NCBI GenBank assembly: GCA_002633005.1
Contig: NMRA01000221.1
Coordinates: 374,290-438,289 of the forward strand
Direction: 5' to 3'
Source: Phoronis australis
Lineage: Eukaryota > Animalia > Phoronida
Length of the DNA: 64,000 bases
Position numbers and translations under genes: made by a program. Of the stretch, positions 11,640 through 24,000 are shown piece after piece. The notes under the pieces were generated by a model. The model had not been told where the DNA came from. It ran no database searches and saw only the letters and a program-made list of their open reading frames with translations. Positions within the stretch are counted from its first letter, which is position 1. Each line of letters starts with the position of its first letter.

Positions 11640-13492
11640 AACCTTGTTAATATGTTAGGTTAAAGCCACTCGCGACCTCTCTGTGAAATCATTGTCTTCT
11701 TCAAACTTGAATACGGCATAAATCTAATTTGTGGGCGAGAAACTTGATGCAGAATTAAAAGTGAGACTTCACTGATCTTCTAGTGCAATGTTATGAATGC
11801 TGAATGATTATCGTGTTATTTAAGTGGTGTTAAAGTGGCCTATCCTGTCTGTGTTCTGTGTCAGAAAATGACAAATCCTGCATGAAGACTGGATGTCTCT
11901 AAAGGCCACTAGGAGGTGCTGCAGTGGAGTGTGGATGACACAATGGCTGGGCTTGATCCACTCTACTGGTTCGTGTGGGGTGTGCCGAGTCAATCTTTTG
12001 GAAGATTTGATTGGTTCTCAAAGAATACTTCTGGCTCATAATCCATTCAGATGTCTCAGCCGACGTATGCCGAGTGAAGGTGTACAGTGAATCTATTGAA
12101 AGGATTGTACTTATGTCCTCAATTGCAGTTCATTCGTGATTTTTAGTAATGAGAAGTTGAGGATTTTACACTGTTGAGATTCTTGTAGTGTCTGTGAATA
12201 CCGTGTACCTTTTTGGGGACATCTCACCAATTTAGGACGAAGTATGGCAGCCTAGGGGAATTTTATTTGCTCATTTTCTGCATAAAAGATACATAGCATC
12301 AAATTAAATGTTTTCAGTGCTCACATTCCGTACCATATCTCCCACCGGGTAATGTTTTGAAAACTTTGTATTCTAAGCACTTGAGAAATGAAAAAGGGTA
12401 ATTTTAGCAATTGTTTTATTTTTTTCGTCCAGAATTAGAGAGATTTTGCGGTAGGAGTTAATGACTTGGGGTGCAGAGCACGGGGGGGGGGGGGGNGGGG
12501 GGGGGGTTATTGCTTTTTATTGACTGACGGGTGAGTAACCAGATACTTTACAGCCAGTCGTTATTTTGTTATTTATAAACTTCTTAGGTTACACAATAAT
12601 AGCTCTGAAGGGCTCATAAACACCCATCGAGAATCAATTGCATTCTAGTTTTTCACTGGTCAGACATCAATTCACACTGCTGTGGTATACAGCGCTATTA
12701 AGCCATCAAGCATTAGGATGATGTTAGGGCAGCTACGTATAATAAAACTTTATAAAATGGTCTTCAGGGTCAATTGATATTGACTGGTGATGAAATCATT
12801 TCAATAATCTATTACATGGATCACTGCATCAATTGCTTTAACTTTTTCACATTCCATTATGGTTTTATTTAGCTGTTAGTTTTGTTGCGTCTACAGGATA
12901 AATTTTGTTGATCAGAAAGTGAAAAAGGCACTCAGGCTAAGTGCCAGAAGATTCATAATGCATTTTCGTTGCCATAGATCGTCTCCAGTACCCAGCACAC
13001 CTACGCTCGAAATTCCCGTCAAAACTGTGATCAACACATCTGACTTATTCACACATAAACTAGTTCCACTAACAGCATGGGCATAGTTTCCCACACAACT
13101 TAATCAAATAGTAATCCAATCAGGTTAGTCACAATAATGCTTTAGTGGTAGTGTTTGAAGTCCTATGATTTTATCGCGACCATTTTGTGCCAAATGCTGA
13201 TATCCGATTCGCGGGCACATTGATATGCATCACGTATTGTGTCTACACTGTTAGTTTGATTTCCTCTATACTTTGCAGTGTTGGAACAAGTATGCAAATT
13301 AATTTCTTAGGATCCCGTTACTAACGAGGTGTGTGATCTGTTTATTATCTAATAGTTGAGGAGTCTCGAAATTAGTAAAATATGTTTCTTATACCAACCT
13401 CCAGGTTATTGGTGTTGAATTTTTCATTAATATGCTTTCACATCCAATAATTTATAAGCAATTTTTCTATGGGACTTAGATTTCAATGATAT

Positions 13493-13706
13493 AACAATTA
13501 TTGCGGGTGGTCTGGTACGTGTACGAGATGTGTGCAGGCCGCTCAGTTGGGCTCCCATTGCACCGATCACCTGGAACCATTGTGTGCTTCATTAACATAT
13601 ATGTAAATTAAGGGACTAGATACCTGACTGAAGGGTCTAGCAGTGTGCTCCAGTGGCTTTGAATAAAGGGAGCGGACACGCATCTCACTGGGGCACACTG
13701 CTTTCT
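13493..13706 (-). mobile_element. tRNA-derived SINE copy (in TRPV 3' region)
   Basis: Shares gatcacctggaa, aagggtctagcagtgtg and aaagggagcggacac with the other copies. Confidence 0.75.
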
Positions 13707-14323
13707 GTTCATATTCTTCTAGCGCTTAAATGCATCCGAATTTCAGTTTTCTAACAATTTTCTACATATATATTTATATATTACACGCTTTTGTCGAGGT
13801 ATTTGTTGGTTCACATTCCATAACATTGTTGTTGTTTTTACAAGTTGAGAAATATTGAAACTTTTTATTTTGAGGTTTGAATAGATTCCTAAGAAATACA
13901 TTTAAACCATGTATATTTTTATTGTTACTGTATTTATTGAAGGTTAAATGTTAATAATTTATGCCAATTGTTTACTTTATTTTAAAGTACGCACACTCAG
14001 TCATTGTTCTGTATGCAATTCAAGCATAGTCTTTACTAATAATCCTTTATGAACCAATTTCTGCATTGTCAAACAATTTTATGCTGTGCATAGCTGACTT
14101 TCAGTGCTAGAATGTTGAATGGTCAGTGAAACCGTGTTCATTACCCTGTATGCTGGACATGGGGTAGGTCTATTTATTTCATGATTTAAGGCACTAATTT
14201 TTATTCTCATTTTTGTGTGTGTAACAATGGTGTAGACTTGTACAAGAGACTGATGTATGATCATGTTACAAGAAGTGATTGTAAAGTTGTGAGTGGCATA
14301 GAGTTCTGATCAAAATTTCTGGT

Positions 14324-14329
14324 AATAAA
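14324..14329 (+). terminator. Candidate poly(A) signal of the TRPV gene
   Basis: AATAAA followed by a T/GT-rich stretch at the end of an AT-rich UTR-like region. Confidence 0.35.
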
Positions 14330-15538
14330 TTTTAATTCATCAATGTCAATTTGTTGTTCAATCTAACAAATACCCCCCTGACGAGGTTTTCCCATTTGAA
14401 TGTAGATAGAGGTGAAGAGCCACTAACTCGGGAGGGTATTTTGGTCTCTTAAGTGTTTTCTTAGCTGTGCACTTGGCAGATTTGAGATATGGTCTCGGGT
14501 GTAGGGCGAAACTTTGGGAACAGGTTTTCTTCACTTGGTATTGTCTTGGATATCCTAAGGTATTGTGTCAATTTTTCCACCTGTCATTGTTTAGTAGAGC
14601 TGCCCGTGGGGAAATAGCCGTGTTTACGAACAATTCAAAGTGATGGATATCATTTAACACTGAGTGCTTGATTCATCAATGTCTTAAAAACACCAAGGCT
14701 AAGTAGTAATCCCAGCTGGACCTGTACTGGATATCTACCAATTACATTGCACGATCCAAATTTTCTCATGTGGCGGTATTGGTTAAGCTTCAAGTCCGAG
14801 TTGAATCTGGAAATCAAGCTGCGGACATGGAAATAATCTATTCCTGAGCCTGCCAACAGCCATATCGTGAAATTGCGCAGGACCAACACGTGCTGCTAGG
14901 TCAGACTTATTTATCAGTGGCGTGCAGTAACGCAGGGTCATTCACAACCCACAAAACAATTTTCTAAACGTTGCTAATGAACAAAGGCCACTATCACAGT
15001 GATAAGTTGGGTGTTGACTTTGAGAAAGGAATCTTTTGCAACGGACAATGCAAATAAGTACCACATGCAGGTGGCTGTTGGTTGTACAATCTATCCCTAG
15101 GATAAACTTAGTGAGCTCCACAAAAACAACTTTATCTCCTATGGTGGCCATGCTGGACAAAAGCATTGCTGAAATGTGACAAGATCTTATCTTTCTCCTT
15201 TGTGTATAGTGGTCTTAGTGTGTTGTCGGGGATCACAACACTCACCAATAAATTTGAGACACTCTCCAGTTATGTACAACACTTCTAAAACCCAGTGGAA
15301 CTATTTTGGTCAACAGGTAACCTTGTCATGTATACTACAGCTGGTCTAATTGATGATTGGAGGCCACAGTAATCAACCAAAGAACAGATGGTTAGGGGTA
15401 AAAAATTAGTATCACTCTGCTACTGCAGACTGGTACCGTTGTTGTTTGGATAATGAGGACCTCAACTACTGGTAAACAGGAAAACTCAGTAATGGGGCTA
15501 TTTGATAATGACAAGATGTTTGTTAACAAGTTATACTA

Positions 15539-15544
15539 TTTATT
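15539..15544 (-). terminator. Candidate distal poly(A) signal of the FGD6-like gene
   Basis: tttatt on + equals AATAAA on -, about 2.4 kb downstream of the stop; a second one lies at 15658-15663. Confidence 0.35.
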
Positions 15545-15667
15545 CAGTCTTCGCAGACATGTAACATGATACAGTGCAAAGTTGTCAGTGACATGCGTCA
15601 AGAACAGTTAACATGAAACAATGCAGAAACTGGTGAAACACTTTAAACTCTGAATTCTTTATTAAAG

Positions 15668-15711
15668 ACACTAGCTTTTGAGCCTCATAGGAGTGGCCTT
15701 TCATCAGGTAT
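15668..15711 (-). ncRNA. Degenerate minimal hammerhead ribozyme motif (GAAA changed to AAAA)
   Basis: Minus strand reads AUAC-CUGAUGA-aaGGCC..GGCUc-AAAA-GCUA-GUGU, followed by AAUAAA. Confidence 0.55.
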
Positions 15712-16225
15712 GAAGACAACTGCAGTAAAAGGCCTTCTCACACCTCCAACTTGTTCAAAACCGCCATCTTTTAAATAATTTTTTCAAAGTGTTTTATCAG
15801 CTTCAGCATTTTAAGATTGAAAGCATTTATGCAAAATAGGCCTAGAATGCACGGTGTAAAATCCTGCATATCAAATTAAATCACCGACACGATTACCTGT
15901 GTTCTAAAGCATGCATGCCACTACATTTCATAACTATGCTCAAAGCCTCTAAAGCGCGAGTGTGCAACTGAAGACTCCATGAAGATTGGAACTAGGACAA
16001 GATATGCAAACACTCATTATGCCATAGATGATCACTTGTGAGAGAGATTATTGTATTTCACAAAATCACTTTAAAAATATCATTGAAGTTTTTGAGAAAC
16101 CGTAGAAAAATGACTTCAAAGCATATCGCAAAAATGGACAATCCAATTCAAATTCCAGTGTTCCTGTGCTAGGAATGTTGTAAGATTATCCATTTTTGTA
16201 TAAGGCTAGTAAAAGTCTCCAATAA

Positions 16226-16527
16226 CAAGTGACCAATCAGAATGGCTCTCTCTCACAGAAAAAAAGAGGGGCACATAGCAGTGACCAATCAGAATGGCTC
16301 TCTCTCTCACTGAAGAAAGAGGGATCATACAGTACTATATCAAGTGACCAATCAGAATGGCTCTCTCTCACTGAAGAAAGAGGGGTCATACAGTACAGTC
16401 AAGTGACCAATCAGCATGGCTCTCTCTGTCACGAAGAAAGAGGGGTCATATAGTACTATATCAAGTGACCAATCAGAATGGCTCTCTCTCTCTCGACTGA
16501 AGAAAGAGGGGTCATATATTACTACAC
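16226..16527 (+). repeat. Minisatellite of about 55-65 bp (5 copies) containing CCAAT
   Basis: Unit CAAGTGACCAATCAGAATGGCTCTCTCTCACTGAAGAAAGAGGGGTCATACAGTAC.. Confidence 0.9.
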
Positions 16528-17125
16528 AATGTTCAAAACAACACAGTATCATCAATAACATGATTGAACTATCAGCAGCAGTACAACAGAAAATCCAAAA
16601 ATAATGAAGCAAGCACGATGAAATAGTGGGATATTCCATTTTTATACAAAATACTGAACGTTGTTATATCACAATTAAATTGTTGGGCCCCTAACAATGA
16701 ATAATTTTTAACATACTGGTAAAACTTGTCATATAAAGGCACAGTCTTGTAGTTTTTTATACACAGAAATTAACCAAGTTAGTTTAATATCTCCAAATAT
16801 CTCTAAAAAGTTACCACAGTGTACAAGAGGCAAATAAATCCAAAGAAAAATTAAAACTGAACTAGGTGTTTTTAAGACAATAAAAGAACATTCATGATTT
16901 AGTCATTGTGCCATCTGGTGGTTAAATATGTTAAGTACAATCAACAAGTGTACAGAAAACAAAATGTATTGTACATTGCAGGATACACAGCAGTCTACTG
17001 ACCTTTAACCTAGTTCAGCGCATGAGTATTAAGTTGTAGTGTACCCTTTCAACACTACAGCGACATTACAAAACATTCCCGGGGGAATGAATCAGATTTT
17101 GACCAAATCATAGAAAGAAATTTAA

Positions 17126-17218
17126 AAACCACGATAGATTCAAGGCATCCAGGCTAACAAAGCTACTCGCTCACTCAATCAGGGGCAGAGCTCTGTTGCC
17201 TTGAATCTACTGTAGTTT
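17126..17218. repeat. Inverted repeat (hairpin) in the putative FGD6 3' UTR
   Basis: TAGATTCAAGGCA / TGCCTTGAATCTA is a perfect 13-bp pair, extending imperfectly to about 22 bp. Confidence 0.75.
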
Positions 17219-17995
17219 GCCATGTTTGAGCATACTTGTTTTTTTTTTCGAAGTTAATTAGTGTTTGACACTGTTTCGTGTACTGTTTATTGTCTTGGTA
17301 ATACTTGAGGGCCTCCATGGAAAGCAGTGTGACCTGATGGGACTACCCTCATTGTAAATATTACATTAAAGAAAAGCGAAACATTGAACATGAAAATCTA
17401 GTTGAAATGAATTGACTTTTAAATTTCTTTCCCGATTGAAGCCAGTGATGTCACATGGTTAACATGCAAAGCGACATCTTGTGGACACTTGCGTGATCTC
17501 GCCAAACTTGCAAACAAACTAGTTGTAGCCCAGAAATGTGTCGATGTTGTGATGTCATGAAAGGAAAAAAGTTGTCATTTCTGTGTACTCTTAACATTGC
17601 AAATTGGATTATCCATACTCAAATAGATTTGGCAAGAGAACACAAGCGACCTTTAATTAGTTTTAGAATTGAAATAATTCGATTTTATATCATTTCTCAC
17701 TAACATTCTTAACAGTAATAGTACATAACAAGTGTCATGAAACCCAGTAAAGAAAATAAATTTCAGTTAGTAAATATTTTGATAAAATTTGCAAATGTAA
17801 CAAGAACAGTTTGGGTAATCAACAATCCCTTCTCTAACAATTGTCGAATAACAGCACTGTAACTATTCAAAACAATTACTGGCATGACCATTTAATTCGA
17901 TTTTCCATACATATTATATAACTATGCAAGGAAAACTAGTAAAACATGACTTTAAAGAATGACTATATAAGTGAGTCGTGTATCCGAAGTCCAGT

Positions 17996-18032
17996 TCAAG
18001 GGACAATGGAATCTCTCAATACTTGAATCCAT
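17996..18032 (-). CDS. FGD6: FGD6-like last coding exon
   Basis: tttcag|(K)WIQVLRDSIVP*. Confidence 0.88.
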
Positions 18033-21000
18033 CTGAAAATAGAAAATATACTGAGAATGTAGTAGACATTTACCATTGGGATTCTGTATCATGTATAGAC
18101 ACAAGGTGGCAGCACCGCTGTATGTACACAGAGCGATGAGATGCAAAGCAATATATAAGACGCACATTAAAGAAAACCCCAACAGACACAAAGCACAGAT
18201 AACCTCAATTAAAAAATTACTTTGCCTAGATGGTACTTCTTTGCCACCTACAATAATGTAAAACAGGTACTTTTTAAATAATGTTGTAGATTTTTAACAA
18301 GTTTTGTAAACAACTTTTTCGAAAATTTAATTCTGTACAATATTTGAATTTTTGGCAAGTTCCGAGTGCTTGTGGCCTTCGACATGTAATACCATGAGCG
18401 TGATACACCGTGTCAATACCTCAACACTTGAAACTCACGTGGATTCGAACAAACAACCAATCATCTCAACTTACTTCTCAGCAGCCATCGACGTCTCAGT
18501 CTTTAAGATAGTAGGTGGACGTCCCTTGTGTGTTATTTGAAGGAGCAGTGTTGGCTCTACGCCTTCGTAACTCTGAAAACAAGAGCGCAAAACAATTATT
18601 GCAGGTGGTCTCGACTGGCACACGTTGTACCACACGTGCCTAGGATGCTCAGGTGGGCGCAATGCACTGATCACCTGGAAGCAGTTTTATACTTCATTAA
18701 TATACAGTTAAAACCAAACTGAAGGGCTAGCGACCTGGCTCAAGCGATGTGAGCCACTGGGACTCAGACCCACGACCTCGCATAAAGGGAGCGGACACTT
18801 ATTGCACTAGGCCACACTGACTCCTCGAAAATAGAGAAACTAGATATCAGTATGGATGTCCATATGAACAATGAACGGACTTGCAGTAGTGCAAAGAAGA
18901 CACAGAACAAAGGCAGAGAAATTTTGTAATACGTCTACCTAGAACTGACAGGATTTTAATCACGCAACAAACAGAATCCTGCACTTTGTTCTTCTTTTGA
19001 CGGGGGAAGTGAGCAACCAGTAAGAGGCCACTGACAATCTGCAGAGATAGAACCTTTCAAATTTAGGATGACTTTCATCTTTCTATTCTCAAACTGCTTG
19101 TCACATTCACGTAGGACATGTTTATATTCGAGGTCGCAAATCAGAAGTGACCTACGTCAGTAGCTTATAAATAAAGTGCCTGAAAACTCCTGAGACTGAT
19201 TGTTTCATGCATCATATCAATGTAAACAAATTAATGTATATATCTGGTAATTCATATGCCATAACCTGAGCTCACCTCTGTGAAAGTCGCGATCTCATAT
19301 CCCAGCAGAGGAAGGCTCTCTAGTGCAGCCATGTCCTGGAATGTAAAGTCGACATTCATTCACACTTTTGGTGGATAATGTAGCTCAATGGTTCTAGCCA
19401 ACACGCATTTCATTAATTAAAGACTAAGGTCTCTGGTCATGTAAAGAGATCATGTAATGTTTTGGTTCAAGTATCAGGATGTTACAAGTTGTATCAATTT
19501 CCTTGGAACTTCTCTAAAGAAACAAGATGGATATCACGATGACGCAGCAATTTTCCAAAAATTGCCTACTGAGTGCAGATCTTGTGTTACTTACCTAGAG
19601 GCTTAAAAAGCTGCAAATTTGTATTGAAAGTTGTCATATTTGTTGAAACTACACTTTCATTTTTGTAATGACAATTCATTTTAATTAGGTGACTCAGTAA
19701 TTTGTAAGGTCAGCCAAGTTTCCACTCAAATGTGAGTATCACTGTTATCACAGTTTTCTACAGACAAGCTGATCTACAATATTTTACCAAGAATGCACAT
19801 ACAAGGAAAATATGCAAATAGGACCCCAGAGTGTGTATTTGAATAACTTCGCATTGCTGAACTTTACCCAGTTTTACAGAAAATGGACTTGAAATCTTAA
19901 GAAAATCCCTAACAATCGCTTAAACAAAAAGTTTCTGTTACAGCGTATAACTGGACAGAAAGTCTCAGAAAATGTCCATTAAAGCCATCGCTAATGTATT
20001 TAGATCTATATATTTCCAAATGCTGCGATCTTGTTTTGGAAAATGCGGGTACTTTGCGCTCCATGAAGTCTTTAAATCGTGAACGTTAAAGCCTAACTGT
20101 TTTACATTGTATTTTTTTCACCGACCACTAATCCAGCTGACTAGGAAAGTAAAGATCCAAGGGAACTAACACAACCCTGCAATATTGAAAAACTGATGGC
20201 ATAAAGTATTAATCACATCCTGTGTTTGCCATTTTTTCACTAATTAAAAAAAAACATTTTACAGCCATGTCTCTTTTAAGTAAAATGTAAAAATTGTTTT
20301 GTTTACTATATCTTGTTCTTAACCACCCTCGTAAGCATGCCTAATTTGAAACCATAGACTCTGATGTTATGGAGCAGGCTAGTTCCCTACCCAGACACTA
20401 GATGGCATTCCTCCTAAACCACTAACCTCACTAGCTCCATACGTATACAATACTTTATCCTTGACCACAAACCACAACTTCTTCCATTTCTTGCCCTTCA
20501 CATGCTGCTGAAGGTAGCCACTCAGGTCTGCCTCTCCATCTGTTGCGCTCACCTAACAATAGATGGCGTTACCGATATGAGGATATGGCCACAGTGGAGC
20601 AAGAGTGGCAGAACACTATTTGATCATGACAGACTGTTCCAAGTAGTTAACAAGCCTACTCGGGTTGGTCAAAATTCCTGAGCAAACCGCAACCCTTTGG
20701 TCAACAGATGATATGTGATTCCACACCCGTACACATTAAGCTGATGACGTTAAGGCAGAGACTCTTAATAAAAAAGGCTTGGTTTTCATCGTCAGGACCA
20801 TATTCCAACTAGTGCGAACGTTAATATCCGGCAGGCTATTCTCCTAAGTTTGTGTCACGACCATTTTACGTCACGTGTTAGCTACGTGGGTGTAAGATAA
20901 TGGCAACAAAGACGCAATTAGAACAGTCACAATAATGGACACCATCTTGGCAGCACACAAATGTACAAATGTTAAAAGCAAAGTTAACCTTGATTTATAA

Positions 21001-24000
21001 AGTAATCCTTTTCAAGACTACGCCCCCACTCTGTAAAATGACATCACATAGGGAATTTAAGTAACCTAAAATATAAGTGACTCATGGCTCAAAATGTTCA
21101 AATTACTGTACATGGAATATTCACAGCTAGAATTTTTAATTAAAGAACGACTTCAATCTCCAAGCTTAGTCAAACGTTCATCCTGCAATGGTACTCTCTG
21201 TATATTGTGACCGGACATTTTAAAACTATTTTCAAAGAAATTTCTCAGCCCATTCATCCAGTTTCAGACAATTCTAAGTGTAACAACACTTAAGTGCTGT
21301 CACATGTTCTTACTTACCTCCTTAAGTACTGCTGGTCTTCTCTTATATTTTCCACCAGACTTCCTCAGCCCTTTGTTGACAAAGTGGTCCCTCAGGTTGA
21401 TTGGGCTGCCCCCTGGTGACCGGGGAGGTGAATCAGTTCCTTCTTGCTCCTCAAACTCTGGAAAAACGTCAAAAAAGTGAACACAAAACTGGAGCGATTA
21501 AAATCTTCAAAACAGGAAAAATGGCACTGATTGTACATGGCTGAGATAGAATACAATTCAAGCGACCATTGAAAAGATGTTTCCTAGGAACATGATCAAC
21601 ATGGTTGCATATCACCCCAATAGACGTTATCCACACAGTTGCCATTTTAAAAATGAGCCTCTTTTTAGTTTAAAAACGAATGCAACTGAGACATAAATAT
21701 TAACGAGACATGCCAAAAAATCACGTTTTGCACTGTGATTAAGCGCAGAATGCATTGTTTTTAAAACCTAAAAGGAGGCTCTTTGTAACATAGCGACTGT
21801 GTGGATAAGGTGTATTACCTTTCTCCAACACTTCAAAGCAGTCGCTACAAACTCTGTTTGGTTTGTTCTTCAAGTATTGCAAGGGAGCCTTGTATTCAGA
21901 ACACGGTCCACAGACAACCTGAGGATGAGGTGAGACACACAGTAAGGTACTAGGTACAACAATCAACAGTGACTGACAATGACACACCAGAACAAAGATG
22001 ATACAAAATAAAAAATAAAAATGATCAAAATAAACTGATAGACGTTGGTCTCGTGAAAATACTAAGTGCACGATCTAAGCCTGGTAACACACCACAGATA
22101 AAAACATGTTGTTTAACACGTTTATACCACGTAATAAAGATTTGAGTCGTATTCATTTGCCGACTCAATCTTCTTTCCTGTATCACGTGACTGCACAATG
22201 TCACAGAAAAATGACACGAACATTGAACGGCTGCATCAAGACTGGAATAATAAGTGTTACAAATTTAAGTTATGAAATGCACTAAAAATTCCAAACAAAG
22301 CATCAAGAAATTGAAAAAAAAGTTCTACAAATTTGACAATATCGGACAACTGTGAACAAAACGAGGCATAGCAGGGCATTCTGGGCTCTGCTATTGAAGA
22401 ATTCATAGGTATAATAAAACAAAGCTTGTGTTTAGTTACACAGTCCAACCGAGACAATTACATAGCAAACAGCAGGGTTCACAAAGAACTCCTTTCACTG
22501 ACCTTGCATGTCAATTTCAAAATAATGTATTTGAAGGATATCCATGATTTACAATGTTCCGCAAAATTCTAAGCCACTACGCACACCTAGTTACTCCCTC
22601 CAAGCCCAAAATACGGCATAACAAATAGGGACAAAGTTAAGTTTTACTTAGCAGTAAGAAAAAACAGATTGAAATTGATTACTAAGAAACCGACTCATGT
22701 CTGGTACCTTGCCACAGGCCCGACAGTGGTGCCTCCTGAAGGTTATGGTGAACTCCGACGTACACAGCATGCACATGGTGACTCTCGTGTCTGGGATCCA
22801 CACGGGGGCAGTGCGACCTAACTCAAAGTCTTCAGCCTGCTCTGGCAGATCCTGTGAGACAAACACAGGAAGTTTGACAACCCCTAATGTACTCCATTAT
22901 ATCGTTTGAAATGGTCGTTGTAATCTATTTGTGATTATGAAGTGACATGATGTCATCAAAATATAGTCACCTCGTTCAGCAATCTATGTTCAGTAATTCA
23001 GGAAACAATTCAATTGTGCCGGAGGACTCTCACAATAGAGAAAAAATACAGTGGAAGAATGCTCACTAGGTGGCGACACAATACAAAAAGAAATCTGAGA
23101 ACTTGACACTACTAATTGCTTGCCTGAAACTGCCTCATTTGTGTCAAAATACAATCAATTTAACAGAAAACTTGAGCCAGATGCATGTGAATACTTACAG
23201 GTAACTGGTTGACCTGTCGCTTGAAGGTGGTTCTCTTCAGTGTGAACTCCTTAATTGTGTTGGTGAGGTCAGTGATCCAATCATCACGCTCTTGAGGGGA
23301 GCTGACATGGAACGGAACTATTTCAGATGACATGTGGCATGTAACCAGTACGCAAAAACTCGTTGCTTAAAGGGTTATTAGTGAACAATAATGAATGCAA
23401 AATTGTGGGCAATAGTACCCATTGGCTTTTAGTACAAAATTTTTAAAATATCCTGGGTTTACAAAAGTAACAGTCATTATATAAACCCATTCACACATAC
23501 AGACACATTCCAACGTCCCAGGGAATGACGCAGGCAGTGGTAATATAGGAAGCCATCCTGGAAAACACCTTTTGAAAAATCTTGAAAAATGTTAACTCCA
23601 TTTATTTTGAAAGGTTTGCTTCGCCAACTAAATATAACATTTCAGTTTCCGAGACAACTTTACTTCCTTTGGGGGCAACGTTAATTATGCAAATCAATGG
23701 ACAAGCCTTGGTAGTACCAACGCTTTTTTCACACAAGCTTAAGGAGTTCAATATGTCACTTCACACACAACTTGAGGACATCAATATACCAGTACGCACA
23801 CACACCCACCCACCCACACCCCCACACCCCCACACACCCACACACACACCACCCACCCACCCACCCACACACACACACACACACACTTTGAGGAGCTAAA
23901 CCTACCTGGCAGCCAGAGTAAATGATCGCTGTACGCTGAGAATACTGAACTCATTTTGGAAATCTTCTTGAACTGGCTTCACAACCTAAAAGTAAACTGG

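Noticed and set aside
12482-12506. Poly-G run as a G-quadruplex element
   Set aside because: Homopolymer containing an N; length unreliable
14368-14443. CTGACGA within an inverted repeat, as a possible hammerhead
   Set aside because: No GAAA core; better explained as a small foldback element
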